Shown here piece by piece: positions 37,220 through 47,334 of a stretch of DNA of 64,000 nucleotides. The DNA is from a candidate division WOR-3 bacterium (GTDB lineage Bacteria > Hydrothermota > Tepidihabitantia > Tepidihabitantales > Tepidihabitantaceae). Positions within the stretch are counted from its first letter, which is position 1. Each line of letters begins with the position of its first letter. The notes beneath the pieces are model-generated. The model was given only the letters and a program-made list of their open reading frames with translations. It was not told the DNA's origin and made no database searches. The DNA lies in NCBI GenBank assembly GCA_965649225.1, contig CBFGJX010000001.1, forward strand, positions 96,001 through 160,000, given 5' to 3'. Position numbers and translations under genes: made by a program.

Positions 37220-38770
37220 ATGGAACTGACCACTAACGCTGCCGGCCGACTCGTGCCAGTCGTGGTCAACGGCGCTCCGGCAATACCATTCGCCGGCGTC
37301 GGCAAACACCGCCCGACCGGCCACAAAGCTGCTGCGCCAATTCCGACCTGCATTGACTATCCGGCCGATGGCAACAAGACGGTTGCCGATCTGCGTACCG
37401 CGCTTGAAAAATGCGGCCTGCGCAGCGGCATGACCATCTCGACTCACCACCACTTCCGGGACGGCGACACCCTGTCGCTCCAGCTTTTTGACACCTGCGC
37501 CGAGATGGGCATCAAAGACCTTGTCTGGTTTCCTTCGGCCGCCTTCCCCTGCCACGCGCCGCTGATTCGACATCTTGACTCCGGCGTGATTCACCATATC
37601 GAAGGCAGTCTGAACGGCCCCCTGGGCGACTATTGCACTCAGGGACGGATGCGTGGTCTTGGTGTCCTTCGTTCCCACGGCGGCCGGGCACAGGCAATCC
37701 AGGACGGTGAAGTCCACATCGACATCGCCGTACTTGCCGCTCCCAGCAGCGATGTGTTCGGCAGCGCCAACGGCATCTACGGCGATGCCGCCTGTGGCGT
37801 CCTCGGCTACGCCCTCGCCGATGCCATGTATGCCGACCGGGTCATAATCGTCACCAACAATCTCGTGCCATTCCCCTGTATCCCGGTTCAGATTTCCGGC
37901 ACATACGTTGACTGCGTTGTCCGCCAGGACTCAATCGGTGACCCGTCCCGAATCGTATCGGGCACCACCCGAATCACCCGCAGTCCCGACCGATTGCTGA
38001 TTGCAGAACTGGTCGCAAAGTTCATCAGCGCATCCGGCATCATGCGCAACGGCTTCTCGTTTCAGGGCGGCGCCGGCGGCGTCTCACTGGCATTCGCACT
38101 TTATCTCGAACAGCACATGAAGGATGCTGGCGTTCGGGCCGGCTGGATTCACGGTGGCACCACCCGTCACCTCGTTCGCATGCTGGAAGAAGGCCTGACG
38201 CCGGCACTGGTCGATGGCCAGGCCTTCGATACTGACGCGATTCGTTCAATCGCAATCAATCGCGGCCATGTCTCAATCAGCCCGCTCGTCAGCTACAACT
38301 ACCACGCGAAAGGAAACTACATCAACCTGCTCGACGTTGCTGTTCTTGGCGCAACCGAAGTTGACCTCGACTTCAATGCCAACGTGATTACCCATTCTGA
38401 CGGCAGACTGCGCCACGGCATTGGCGGCTGGCAGAACTGCATGTTTGCCCGCTGCACCATTCTGGCGGTCCCGGCGATGCGTGACCGCATGCCGGTAATA
38501 GTCGACCGGGTAACAACCCTCTGTGCACCGGGCGAGCTTGTTGATGTCGTTGTAACCGAGCTTGGGATTGCCATCAATCCCCGTCGGACTGACCTGCTGA
38601 GCGCCGTGCAGGGCAAGGGACTGCCGGTTCGTCCCTTGAGCGAAATCAAAGCCGAGGTGGAAAGAATCTGTGGTAAGCCTGAGCCGCCGCGTCTGACCGA
38701 CCGACCGGTGGCCGTCTGCAAATGGGTTGACGGAACAGTTCTGGACACAGTCTGGCAGGTCCCTGAATAG
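37220..38770 (+). CDS. citF: Citrate lyase alpha subunit (citrate CoA-transferase)
   Basis: GMTISTHHHFRDGD, LRSHGGRA, D.IGDP..I.SG, FSFQ.GAGG, LGATEVD and DGTVLDTV motifs. Confidence 0.92.
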   Translation: MELTTNAAGRLVPVVVNGAPAIPFAGVGKHRPTGHKAAAPIPTCIDYPADGNKTVADLRTALEKCGLRSGMTISTHHHFRDGDTLSLQLFDTCAEMGIKDLVWFPSAAFPCHAPLIRHLDSGVIHHIEGSLNGPLGDYCTQGRMRGLGVLRSHGGRAQAIQDGEVHIDIAVLAAPSSDVFGSANGIYGDAACGVLGYALADAMYADRVIIVTNNLVPFPCIPVQISGTYVDCVVRQDSIGDPSRIVSGTTRITRSPDRLLIAELVAKFISASGIMRNGFSFQGGAGGVSLAFALYLEQHMKDAGVRAGWIHGGTTRHLVRMLEEGLTPALVDGQAFDTDAIRSIAINRGHVSISPLVSYNYHAKGNYINLLDVAVLGATEVDLDFNANVITHSDGRLRHGIGGWQNCMFARCTILAVPAMRDRMPVIVDRVTTLCAPGELVDVVVTELGIAINPRRTDLLSAVQGKGLPVRPLSEIKAEVERICGKPEPPRLTDRPVAVCKWVDGTVLDTVWQVPE

Positions 38771-38822
38771 CCGCAGCCCATAACACCATTGACCGCTGTT
38801 TCTCGGTCATTATACTTGCCCG

Positions 38823-40058
38823 ATGCGCTTTGAACTCGCCTTTGGCGGTTCAACCCAGACGCTGGAAATACCCGACGGCCATGCGGTCACAGTCGTAACT
38901 CCACCAGCCAGCCGTCCCGCTCACAACATCACCCCAGCGCTGGAACGCAGCACGGTTGACTGTGCTGCCTTTCTGAACAACTCCCGCCGCGTACTGGTAA
39001 TGGTGAATGATGCCACTCGTCCCACCCCCACGGCATCTGTTCTTTCAGCACTCGCTCCGGCCCTGTCCGGTTATGACGTTCACTACCTTGTGTGTACCGG
39101 GACCCATCGCCCTCCGGGCGAAACCGAGCTTAACAAGATTTTCGGCCCCGAGCTTGTCGGCCGTCGCCGCAACCGGATCATGATTCACGACTGCCGCGAT
39201 ACCGCCAGGCTGTTTTTTGCCGGCCGAACCAGCTTCGGCACGCCGGTCTGGTTCAATCGCGAATTGCTCTGGGCCGATCGTGTCATCACGGTCAACTCGA
39301 TCGAACCGCACTATTTCGCCGGCTACACCGGTGGCCGCAAAGGATTCCTGCCCGGCATTGCCGGCGCCGAAACAATCGGTCACAACCACAATATGGCGAC
39401 GCATCACCAGTCACGCGTGTTTGAGCTCACCGGCAACCCGGTCCACGAAGACATGGTGGAGGCGTATCGAATGGTGAACCGCCCGTGTTTCTCGATTCAG
39501 CTGGTTCTTGACCAGACCCATCGACCGGTCGCAATCCATCACGGGCTTGTGCTCGATTCGTTTCTACGTGGCTGCCGCGATGCTCACCGAATCTTCGCCC
39601 AGCCGGTTCCAGGCACCTTCGACATCGTTGTCAGCGTCCTGCTTGCACCGTATGACATCAACTTCTATCAGGCACAGCGGGCAGTTGAGTTTGCCCGCGC
39701 GATACTCAACCGGCCGTCCGTCCACATTACGGTAACCGCCTGCCCCGAAGGCATCGGGGACAGCACTTTCATCGAAATTCTACGCCAATGCTCGAAACCG
39801 AGTGATGTGTTTGCCGAATCAAACAAGTCCCATCCTGGCTGGCACAAGGCTGCCCGTCTCGCGACCCTGATGGAATCGACCAGCCTGTACGCGGTGACCG
39901 GGCTGGCGCCCTCAGAACTGCAGGGCACGTTCATTGAGTCTTTCGATTCTGTCCAGGCCGCTTGGCAATCTGCGCTGCAGCGGATCGGACCGAATGCCCG
40001 AACCTGCATCATCCCGGACGCAGGTTCGCTGGTGCCGATTGCGGAACGACCATCCTGA
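38823..40058 (+). CDS. larA: Nickel-pincer-dependent lactate racemase (LarA) family protein
   Basis: NDATRPTPT, TGTHR, IHD, HYFAGYTGGRK and GNPVHEDM motifs. Substrate not assignable. Confidence 0.82.
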   Translation: MRFELAFGGSTQTLEIPDGHAVTVVTPPASRPAHNITPALERSTVDCAAFLNNSRRVLVMVNDATRPTPTASVLSALAPALSGYDVHYLVCTGTHRPPGETELNKIFGPELVGRRRNRIMIHDCRDTARLFFAGRTSFGTPVWFNRELLWADRVITVNSIEPHYFAGYTGGRKGFLPGIAGAETIGHNHNMATHHQSRVFELTGNPVHEDMVEAYRMVNRPCFSIQLVLDQTHRPVAIHHGLVLDSFLRGCRDAHRIFAQPVPGTFDIVVSVLLAPYDINFYQAQRAVEFARAILNRPSVHITVTACPEGIGDSTFIEILRQCSKPSDVFAESNKSHPGWHKAARLATLMESTSLYAVTGLAPSELQGTFIESFDSVQAAWQSALQRIGPNARTCIIPDAGSLVPIAERPS

Positions 40059-40089
40059 AAAACCTGCTGTTCGCTATTCGCCACTGACG

Positions 40090-41397
40090 ATGCTGCCGCT
40101 GCTACTGCCACTGCTACTGCTGCTGAGCGCGACGCCGACCACGCCAACCACCCTGATGACCCCGCCTTTTGAGCACACTCTTGGTTTCAATCGTATCGGA
40201 CGGTTCTACATCGACCTTTACCTGGGCAAAGGATTCAAGCTGGCTGATCCCCAGGATATCTGCGGCGCCAAAATGATTGAGGAGGACGACCCCCGCACCA
40301 GTCGGGACGACCACATCCTCACCCTTTTTGCCGTCAATTCAGGCACAGGGCAGATAGTCTATAACGTCCGGCTGCTCCAGCCGAAGATTTTCGGTCGCAC
40401 CGGCTCCGGCACTGGCGAGTTCAGTAACCCGCGGGGAATCGCCTGCAACCCCGCCGGCGATGTCTATGTCGCTGACACTGACAACGGCCGGCTGGTCCGA
40501 CTGCGTTACTCGGCCGGAGAGCTTGTCTGGGTCGGCGTAATCGACTCAACCCTGGCCCGTCCGCATGACGTTGCGATCGACTCCCGCGGCCGTGTCTACG
40601 TTGTCGACACCGACAGCAACCGAGTCTTGGTCTACGATTCATCCGGCCATCGGATTGCAGTCTGGTCTTCCGGTTTGGAGCAGCCAACAGCCATCGCTGT
40701 TCTTGACAACCAGGCCGGTCACAACGATTTCGGCTACGACGGCGCGGTGGTAATCGACCGGGGACGCACACGCCTGAGTCGGTTTCAGCTTTCCGGAACC
40801 ATTGACCGGCAGATTGACTGTCGCCGCATCGGGCTGACCGAAGCGGGCTTCGCCTTCTGCGACTTTGACCGTCACGGCAACGTCTACGTTACTGATGAAG
40901 TGAATTCACAGGTCCATATGTTTGACGCCTCGTTACGTTACATCGTCTCCTACGGTCGTCCCGGAACCGGTGAAGGCCGCTTTTTGTCTCCGCGCGGTAT
41001 CACCATCTGGCGGCGATTCGGCCAGGTTTTCCTCGTTGAAGCCGACGGTGGCCAATATTACTGGCTTGGCCTCGACGCCTACCTAATTGGCTTCTTTCCT
41101 CCGGAATTCGATTCGCGGCGACCTGGTACAACCATCGCGCTCTACCTGACAGAACTTGCCGACGTATCGATCACGATTACCGACACCAGCGGAGCGGTGG
41201 TTCGCTCCTTGACCCCGCCCCACCAGCAGCGCCCCGGAGAGGTATTGATTATCTGGGACGGACGCGACAATCTGGGGCAGCTTGTCCCGGTTGGGGAATA
41301 CCACATTACCGTCACTGCACGACCGACATACAGCCGCCCGCGCTACATCCTGAAAAAGGAACTCATCGGCTCTGTCCGTCGCATCACCGACAGTTGA
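40090..41397 (+). CDS. Secreted NHL-repeat protein with C-terminal FlgD-Ig-like domain
   Basis: Signal peptide MLPLLLPLLLLLSA. 'G.GEF..PRGIA...G.VYVADT.N' repeats. End IWDGRDNLGQLVPVGEY. Confidence 0.82.
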   Translation: MLPLLLPLLLLLSATPTTPTTLMTPPFEHTLGFNRIGRFYIDLYLGKGFKLADPQDICGAKMIEEDDPRTSRDDHILTLFAVNSGTGQIVYNVRLLQPKIFGRTGSGTGEFSNPRGIACNPAGDVYVADTDNGRLVRLRYSAGELVWVGVIDSTLARPHDVAIDSRGRVYVVDTDSNRVLVYDSSGHRIAVWSSGLEQPTAIAVLDNQAGHNDFGYDGAVVIDRGRTRLSRFQLSGTIDRQIDCRRIGLTEAGFAFCDFDRHGNVYVTDEVNSQVHMFDASLRYIVSYGRPGTGEGRFLSPRGITIWRRFGQVFLVEADGGQYYWLGLDAYLIGFFPPEFDSRRPGTTIALYLTELADVSITITDTSGAVVRSLTPPHQQRPGEVLIIWDGRDNLGQLVPVGEYHITVTARPTYSRPRYILKKELIGSVRRITDS

Positions 41398-41427
41398 ACA
41401 CTGCCAACACCAAGGTATCATATCCCA

Positions 41428-42411
41428 GTGAACAATCCCAATAACATCCGCTCGCACAGCTGCATTTCTCCTCGTTCCAGGCGTCGGCTGGGCTGGCTGT
41501 TGCTGTTTTGTCTGCTGCCAGCTATGGTTAACGCCCTCGGCACACCTTACGCCGGCGACTTCGAAGAACTCGGCGCATCGGCCCGCTCGATTGGCATGGG
41601 CGGAGCCGTCGTTGCTGTCGCTGCCGACCCAAGTGCAATCTATTACAACCCGGCTCTGACGGCTCGCCTCGGACGCAGAGCAGCGACGTTCCTTCACTCC
41701 CGCGACTTTTCCGGTCTGCTGAGCCACAACTACCTCGCCGTAAGCTTCGCATCTAATAGACGCGCCATCGGGGTGGCAGTCTTACACAACGGTATTCCTG
41801 ACATCAAACTGACCGCCCTGCCCGATTCCAGCCGCCCTCCCGGCCCGGATAATCGGCCATATGTAGTCAGAACTGTCAGCGCCAACCAGTTCGTTGGCTA
41901 TGTCAATCTCGCCCGAATGATCGGAACTGGAATCGCACTTGGCATCAACGGTAAACTCATCTATCAGGACATTGAAGTCGGCCGATGCTTTGGCATGGGA
42001 ATCGATGCGGGCGCGTCGCTGACTCCAATCGCGGACCTCACCATCGGCCTGCGACTGCGCAATGCCAGCACGGCGCCACTGCTATGGGATACCGGCAACA
42101 GCGAAATCATTGTCCCGCGAGCCTGCATCGGGTTGGCCAAAGTATTCCGTCTGGGGCGTGACCGTTTCGTTTTGGCAGCCGAGACCGAAGCCGGCTTCGA
42201 CGGACCATTGCTGTTACCCAGCATTGGCCTGGAGTATGCTTTCCGCAATCTGCTTTTTGCCCGACTTGGAGTCCAGCGGGGCAACTTCTCGTTCGGGCTC
42301 GGGCTCCGATACAAACGGATCTACGCGGACTACGGCTACGCGGCCGGCTCCTTGCCTGGCAGCCGCGAGCTTGGCAGTCCGCAACAGTTCTCCGGCGGAG
42401 TCGAATTCTGA
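41428..42411 (+). CDS. PorV/PorQ (UPF0164)-like outer-membrane barrel protein
   Basis: LGASARSIGMGGA..A...DPSAIYYNPA, GIDAG, GLEY and terminal Phe (GVEF). Confidence 0.82.
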   Translation: MNNPNNIRSHSCISPRSRRRLGWLLLFCLLPAMVNALGTPYAGDFEELGASARSIGMGGAVVAVAADPSAIYYNPALTARLGRRAATFLHSRDFSGLLSHNYLAVSFASNRRAIGVAVLHNGIPDIKLTALPDSSRPPGPDNRPYVVRTVSANQFVGYVNLARMIGTGIALGINGKLIYQDIEVGRCFGMGIDAGASLTPIADLTIGLRLRNASTAPLLWDTGNSEIIVPRACIGLAKVFRLGRDRFVLAAETEAGFDGPLLLPSIGLEYAFRNLLFARLGVQRGNFSFGLGLRYKRIYADYGYAAGSLPGSRELGSPQQFSGGVEF

Positions 42412-43010
42412 CGGCTGAAATCGGCCGCAAGCTGGTCCATCTTGCGGCCCTGGCGATTCCTGTTTTCTACTACCTTGTACCACGCAGTATCGTCCTCCCC
42501 CTGATGGCCGCAGTAGCCTTAACCTTCATCGTCATCGACTTGCTGCGTCTGCGACTGAGCCTCTTTCGCAGTATCTTCATCATCCTCTTTGGCTCCCTGC
42601 TGCGCCGACGCGAGTTCACCTCCCTCACCGGGGGCAGTTACCTGATGCTTTCATCACTGGTCTGTATGCTGATTTTTGGTGGCTCCGATGCCGGCCGCGG
42701 TGTCTTCATCGCCGCAGTGTCATTTCTCGTTCTCGGGGATACCGCCGCCGCAATTGTCGGTCTGTCCTTTGGTCGTATTCGGTTCTTTCGCAAGACGCTC
42801 GAGGGCTCGCTTGCCGGACTTGTTGTCTGCCTTATCGCCGCGCTGGTGGTGTCAAATCTCCCCGGTCTTGACTTGCCATTCGGCATTGGTATGTTAGGTG
42901 CTGTCGTTGCCTCGGTCGTCGAGGCGCTGCCAATAGAAGTCAATGATAACGTTGTTGTTCCATTGCTATCCGGCACCGCGATGATGATCGGTCTTCAGGT
43001 GCTGACTTGA
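42408..43010 (+). CDS. CTP-dependent polyprenol/diacylglycerol kinase family (SEC59/DGK1/VTE5-like) membrane protein, probable CTG start
   Basis: E..RKLVH upstream of the first ATG. GDTAAAIVG..FG, KTLEGS and NDNVVVP motifs. Confidence 0.8.
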   Translation: MTAEIGRKLVHLAALAIPVFYYLVPRSIVLPLMAAVALTFIVIDLLRLRLSLFRSIFIILFGSLLRRREFTSLTGGSYLMLSSLVCMLIFGGSDAGRGVFIAAVSFLVLGDTAAAIVGLSFGRIRFFRKTLEGSLAGLVVCLIAALVVSNLPGLDLPFGIGMLGAVVASVVEALPIEVNDNVVVPLLSGTAMMIGLQVLT

Positions 43011-43092
43011 CACCGAGGCCAAAATACGACGTGCTGACGCGCTCTGTTTTGCGTCGCAAGACGTTGAGCAGAACATACAGAGAGGAGACAGG

Positions 43093-45630
43093 ATGATACG
43101 AAGACTAATTACGCTCTTGTTCTTCGCCGGCGTATCGCTGACGATCGCAGGCACCGGCGCCACTCCCAGACTTGACAGCCTCTATCAGGCGTATGCAACA
43201 GATGACACCGCACTCGCGCGGCACCTCGTGGAGCAGCTGCGCTCTTCTGCCCGTCGACCGGCAGAAGAGCTGGCTGCCGGAATTGAATACGGTGACTGGC
43301 TGCTCGACAAACGACACGATTACACTCGGGCCGAATCAGTCTATTCGGCACTGCTGCAGCGATTCCCAAAGGACCGAACCAGGCCTGCCCTGCTTTATCG
43401 GCTGGCGCTTGCCCAAGAACTGCAGGAGAACTATCTCGATGCAGCCCGCAACTACGAAAAGGTCGCGACCCAGTTCCAGAAATCCGAGTACGCCGACGAT
43501 GCACTTGACGCGATTGAACGTTGCTTCCGCAAGAACTACCAGGAACGAATGGCATATGTTGACGGCCACCCGATAACTCGCATCGAACTGGAAGACCGCA
43601 TCAGCCGCGACCCGACACGCTACGAGAGCTTTGAAAGCAAACGCCAGCTCCTCGACACAATGATTACTGCCCGGCTGATCCGACAGAGTGCGCTTGCCGC
43701 CGGCCTCGATCAACGACCCGCTTTCAGATTCAACCTCAACGAAACTCGCAACCGGGCGATGTTTCAGGCCTGGTACGAAGCGGTTGTCAACTCGAAGGCC
43801 CAACCCAATGAGAAGGAGCTTAAGGCCGCCTACCAGCGCGACCTCAAGACCCGCTACACCACACCGGAAAGGGTGCGCGCCATGCAGATTCGGGTTGCCA
43901 GCCGCGCCGAGGCTGACTCGCTGCGGAATCTGCTTGAGACCAACCCCGCGGTCTCGTGGGATACACTTGCCAAGACCCATTCACTCGCCCCAGACAAATC
44001 ACAGGGCGGTGATCTGGGTTTCTTCGCTCGCGGCGTTCAACCGAAACCGATCGAGGACGCCGCCTTCAGTCTGAAACCCGGCCAGATCAGCAAGCCTTTC
44101 AAACTCGACGACCAGTGGGTGATTGTCAAGGTCGTCGAACGTCAGCCTAAATCCGTCCGCAAGTTCGAGGACGTAAAATCGCAGATTGCCGCCGACATCA
44201 GACAGCAGCGCGTCCAGCACCTGTATGAGTCGAGCATCGAGGAACTCAAGTCTCGCTCTAACATAACAATTGACTCAGCCGCCATTGCCGAAGGTCGTGA
44301 CACGCTGGCCGTGGTCGACAACTTCGTCATTGACCAGGCGCAGCTGTCGGCAAGGCTGGAGGCGATACCACCGTTTTTCCGTGCCCAGTTCGAATCGCCG
44401 GAAGGAAAGCGGCGAATACTCGACCAGATCATCCTCGAGAAGCTCCTCGCTCGCGAATGCGAACGGCTGAAGTTGTGGTTGGAAAACAGAGTAGTAGACC
44501 AGGTCCTGACCCGTCGTGATGCGCTCCTGCGTGACGCCTGGCAACAGGAGTTCGTCAGTGCCCGTGTCAGCATCGATTCCGCCGAAGCACTGGCCGAATA
44601 CCAGTCAACCATCAGCGACTTCAAGGAGCCAGCCAAGGTACACGTCCGTGAAATCGTTGCCCCCACGAAGGCGCGGGCAGAGCAACTGCGACGCTGGGTG
44701 GTCGCTGGCCGGCTTCCTCAGCTAATCCACGGACGGGCAGTATTGTTGACTGACCTGGCCAACAGAGAAATCATTGCTGCCGGCATCGAAACCAACGCCG
44801 ATTCGACCGTCGCGGCCTTGGCGATGGAACCTGCCGCTGCACAACTACCGGGCCGTCCGACCTTGTCGGTTCAGAACAAACCGGTTGCCGATCTGAGTCG
44901 CCGCTCTGATGCAACCGGCCCGTACAAGCAGCCGGGTGCATTCGGATTCGCCTTCGCGGACATCTCAAACGAGGATCCCCTGTTTTTGCCTGAACCGATC
45001 AAAGTCTCCGACTCGACGACGCTTGCGACGCTGGCTGGCGGCAGTTCGATTGACCTTCGGGATTCAGCTCGCTACGGTACGTACTTCCGTACCGAAAAGC
45101 CGCTGCCGGCGGCCGCACTGCGTCAACTGTTTTCACGCAGTGTTGAGGACCCGCCGATCACTATCAACGTTCCAAGTGGCATACTCTTGGCCAAAGTAAC
45201 GAAACGCGACAGCGCCCAAAAGGTCACGTTCGCTGATGTCGCCCGACGGTTCTCGACTGCCGGTACGCGCTGGTCCGGCGGCGACTGGTCCTGGGTTGCT
45301 CGAGACGACAAATCCCGTAACCCTCGACTGCTGGCGGCGGCCTTCAACCAGAGCGAGAAGGCTGTCTCCGCGGTCTTCAAGCTCAGTGATACCACCTGGG
45401 CATTCGTTCTGACCGAGGAGAAACGCCCTGCCCGAACTCGACCATTTGATGAAGTGCGACCGAAAATCGAAAACAAGCTGCGCCGCCAAAAGGAAAAGGA
45501 GCTTACCGACCGGTTGATCGCCGAACTCAGAGCCCAGTCTCGTATCGAAATCTTGATGAAGGAATCGGACTTCATCACCGAACCCCCGGCCGGTGAGACG
45601 GAGAAACCAGCACCCCCACAGCAGAACTGA
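43093..45630 (+). CDS. Periplasmic TPR + tandem PpiC/SurA-type peptidyl-prolyl isomerase
   Basis: GAGGAG SD, signal peptide, TPR helices. 'LAKTHS..PDKSQGGDLGFF...AAFSLKPGQIS.P' and a second, split parvulin domain. Confidence 0.85.
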   Translation: MIRRLITLLFFAGVSLTIAGTGATPRLDSLYQAYATDDTALARHLVEQLRSSARRPAEELAAGIEYGDWLLDKRHDYTRAESVYSALLQRFPKDRTRPALLYRLALAQELQENYLDAARNYEKVATQFQKSEYADDALDAIERCFRKNYQERMAYVDGHPITRIELEDRISRDPTRYESFESKRQLLDTMITARLIRQSALAAGLDQRPAFRFNLNETRNRAMFQAWYEAVVNSKAQPNEKELKAAYQRDLKTRYTTPERVRAMQIRVASRAEADSLRNLLETNPAVSWDTLAKTHSLAPDKSQGGDLGFFARGVQPKPIEDAAFSLKPGQISKPFKLDDQWVIVKVVERQPKSVRKFEDVKSQIAADIRQQRVQHLYESSIEELKSRSNITIDSAAIAEGRDTLAVVDNFVIDQAQLSARLEAIPPFFRAQFESPEGKRRILDQIILEKLLARECERLKLWLENRVVDQVLTRRDALLRDAWQQEFVSARVSIDSAEALAEYQSTISDFKEPAKVHVREIVAPTKARAEQLRRWVVAGRLPQLIHGRAVLLTDLANREIIAAGIETNADSTVAALAMEPAAAQLPGRPTLSVQNKPVADLSRRSDATGPYKQPGAFGFAFADISNEDPLFLPEPIKVSDSTTLATLAGGSSIDLRDSARYGTYFRTEKPLPAAALRQLFSRSVEDPPITINVPSGILLAKVTKRDSAQKVTFADVARRFSTAGTRWSGGDWSWVARDDKSRNPRLLAAAFNQSEKAVSAVFKLSDTTWAFVLTEEKRPARTRPFDEVRPKIENKLRRQKEKELTDRLIAELRAQSRIEILMKESDFITEPPAGETEKPAPPQQN

Positions 45631-45644
45631 CCCGCAGAGAGTCC

Positions 45645-45685
45645 GATGCCGCCCCTGGTATGGTAACAGGGGCGGCATCATTTTT
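45645..45685 (+). terminator. Intrinsic terminator between convergent genes
   Basis: Perfect 13-bp stem GATGCCGCCCCTG/CAGGGGCGGCATC followed by ATTTTT. Confidence 0.8.
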
Positions 45686-45695
45686 CGACGAACAA

Positions 45696-47126
45696 TTACT
45701 CTTTGCGCATGCTGTATTCGAGAACCCTGATACCGATCCTGCCGACCACGCCAAGTACATCTGTCTGCTGGCCGAGCTCGCCCTCTGCCAGCTTCAAATG
45801 AAGCGCACTGGCAGGAAACTCCCCAAAGGTAGCATCTACCGGCACCCAACCGTTCAGGTAAAACTCATTCCAGGCATGGTAATAGAAAGCACCATTCAGA
45901 TGCACAAGCCCGACCGCAATTTTGGCGGGGATACCGGCTGCTCGTGCCAAGGCTGCCAACAGTACCGCGTGTTCGTTGCAGTCCCCTTTCATGTTCTTCA
46001 ACACATCCAGCGCGGTTGGGTAGGATGCTGTCGGTTCCTTGTCCAAAGCAGCGAAGGTCCAGGATACGAGTTTCCGTGCCACTGCAACAGCGTCCCGGTT
46101 GTCGCCGGCAACTTCCTTTGCTTTGGCGCGAATCGCTGGCGCGTCTGATTGGATCGTCAGCGACGGTCGCAGAAAACTTGTCTCAGCAGTTACAGGTAAT
46201 CCCAGCGCTGCATCCGTGACTTTGGGAACTGCGATATCAACTGTCAACGGGTCATGGCTTACGACCTTCTGCGTTTCCCAGTTGAGTTTGACGGCAACAG
46301 TATCCACGCCATCAAGCCGCACCCGCATCCGATGGACGAACACCCCATCCGGTATTACGGTATCAATCCGAACCCGGAACATGCTGAGGATGTCGACGAG
46401 CGCATCCGAAGCCGCCTCACTGGCAATCCGGGCAACCTCAACCCGCTCCGATCGCATCGCCGGCGGTGCTTCCTCAATCAGCGGCAGACCATCTTCGCCG
46501 AACCAGGTGACCATCTCCAGTTTGCCCATCGTCATGCTGGCCTTGTGGGCATTGTATTCCTTGCCATCAACCACAATCTTCTCACGTCCGAGATAACGCA
46601 ACACGACCGGCACAACATCAAGCACCGTTACGTCAAAAACCGGAAGACGATAAACAGAATCACCAGCCTGGCCGCCTCGACTGGTTACCAGCAATCCAAG
46701 TGCCGAAAGTGGATACACTCCCGTGCTCAGGTCAATCACCCGCGTGGCGTCTCCCCCTGCCTGCCCGTGAATTGTCAGTTTACCTCCAGCAACGCTGCCC
46801 CGGACCGAAAAGGACCTGCTGGCGGTGCCAAAACTGAACGAGAAACTGCGCATTGTCAGGTCAGGTGCAGCCAAAACCTCTGAACGCGATTCGACTCGCT
46901 GAGGAGTTCCCCCCATCGTTAACCGCATCAGCACCGAATTCTCGAACCGGTAACCGTCGCTGGTCCGATTGTAGCGATAGACCGAGTGGCCAACCGTGTT
47001 GCCGTCGATTGACGACCTCAACCAGGCTTCGGCAAAATTCGCACCATCAACTGCACGCCGCGTTCCGCAACCCGACCCAACAACCAAAAGGATCAGAATC
47101 AGCTTCACTGGGTAATGCCTTCGCAT
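45696..47126 (-). CDS. Transglutaminase-like domain lipoprotein
   Basis: Lipobox-like GSGC. Triad GDCNEHA / YHAWNE / VDAT. Confidence 0.85.
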   Translation of the reverse strand: MRRHYPVKLILILLVVGSGCGTRRAVDGANFAEAWLRSSIDGNTVGHSVYRYNRTSDGYRFENSVLMRLTMGGTPQRVESRSEVLAAPDLTMRSFSFSFGTASRSFSVRGSVAGGKLTIHGQAGGDATRVIDLSTGVYPLSALGLLVTSRGGQAGDSVYRLPVFDVTVLDVVPVVLRYLGREKIVVDGKEYNAHKASMTMGKLEMVTWFGEDGLPLIEEAPPAMRSERVEVARIASEAASDALVDILSMFRVRIDTVIPDGVFVHRMRVRLDGVDTVAVKLNWETQKVVSHDPLTVDIAVPKVTDAALGLPVTAETSFLRPSLTIQSDAPAIRAKAKEVAGDNRDAVAVARKLVSWTFAALDKEPTASYPTALDVLKNMKGDCNEHAVLLAALARAAGIPAKIAVGLVHLNGAFYYHAWNEFYLNGWVPVDATFGEFPASALHLKLAEGELGQQTDVLGVVGRIGIRVLEYSMRKE

Positions 47127-47210
47127 GACCGAAGCTAACACGGGCATCACGAGTTGTCAAACATGGTGACCATTGACGTCAGTCGCCTTCATCTTTACAC
47201 TTCTGTCGAC

Positions 47211-47296
47211 GCCGAAGTGGCGGAACTGGCAGACGCAGCGGACTCAAAATCCGCCGCCCAGCGATGGGCTTGTGGGTTCGATTCCCTCCTTCGGCA
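47211..47296 (+). tRNA. tRNA-Leu(CAA), no encoded CCA
   Basis: Acceptor GCCGAAG/CTTCGGC, anticodon arm GCGGA-CTCAAAA-TCCGC, long variable arm, TTCGATT loop. Promoter TTGACG-N17-TACACT at 47173-47201. Confidence 0.95.
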
Positions 47297-47334
47297 TGAG
47301 CGGCATTACCACCCGACTGCGTGCTTCAGCCAAC

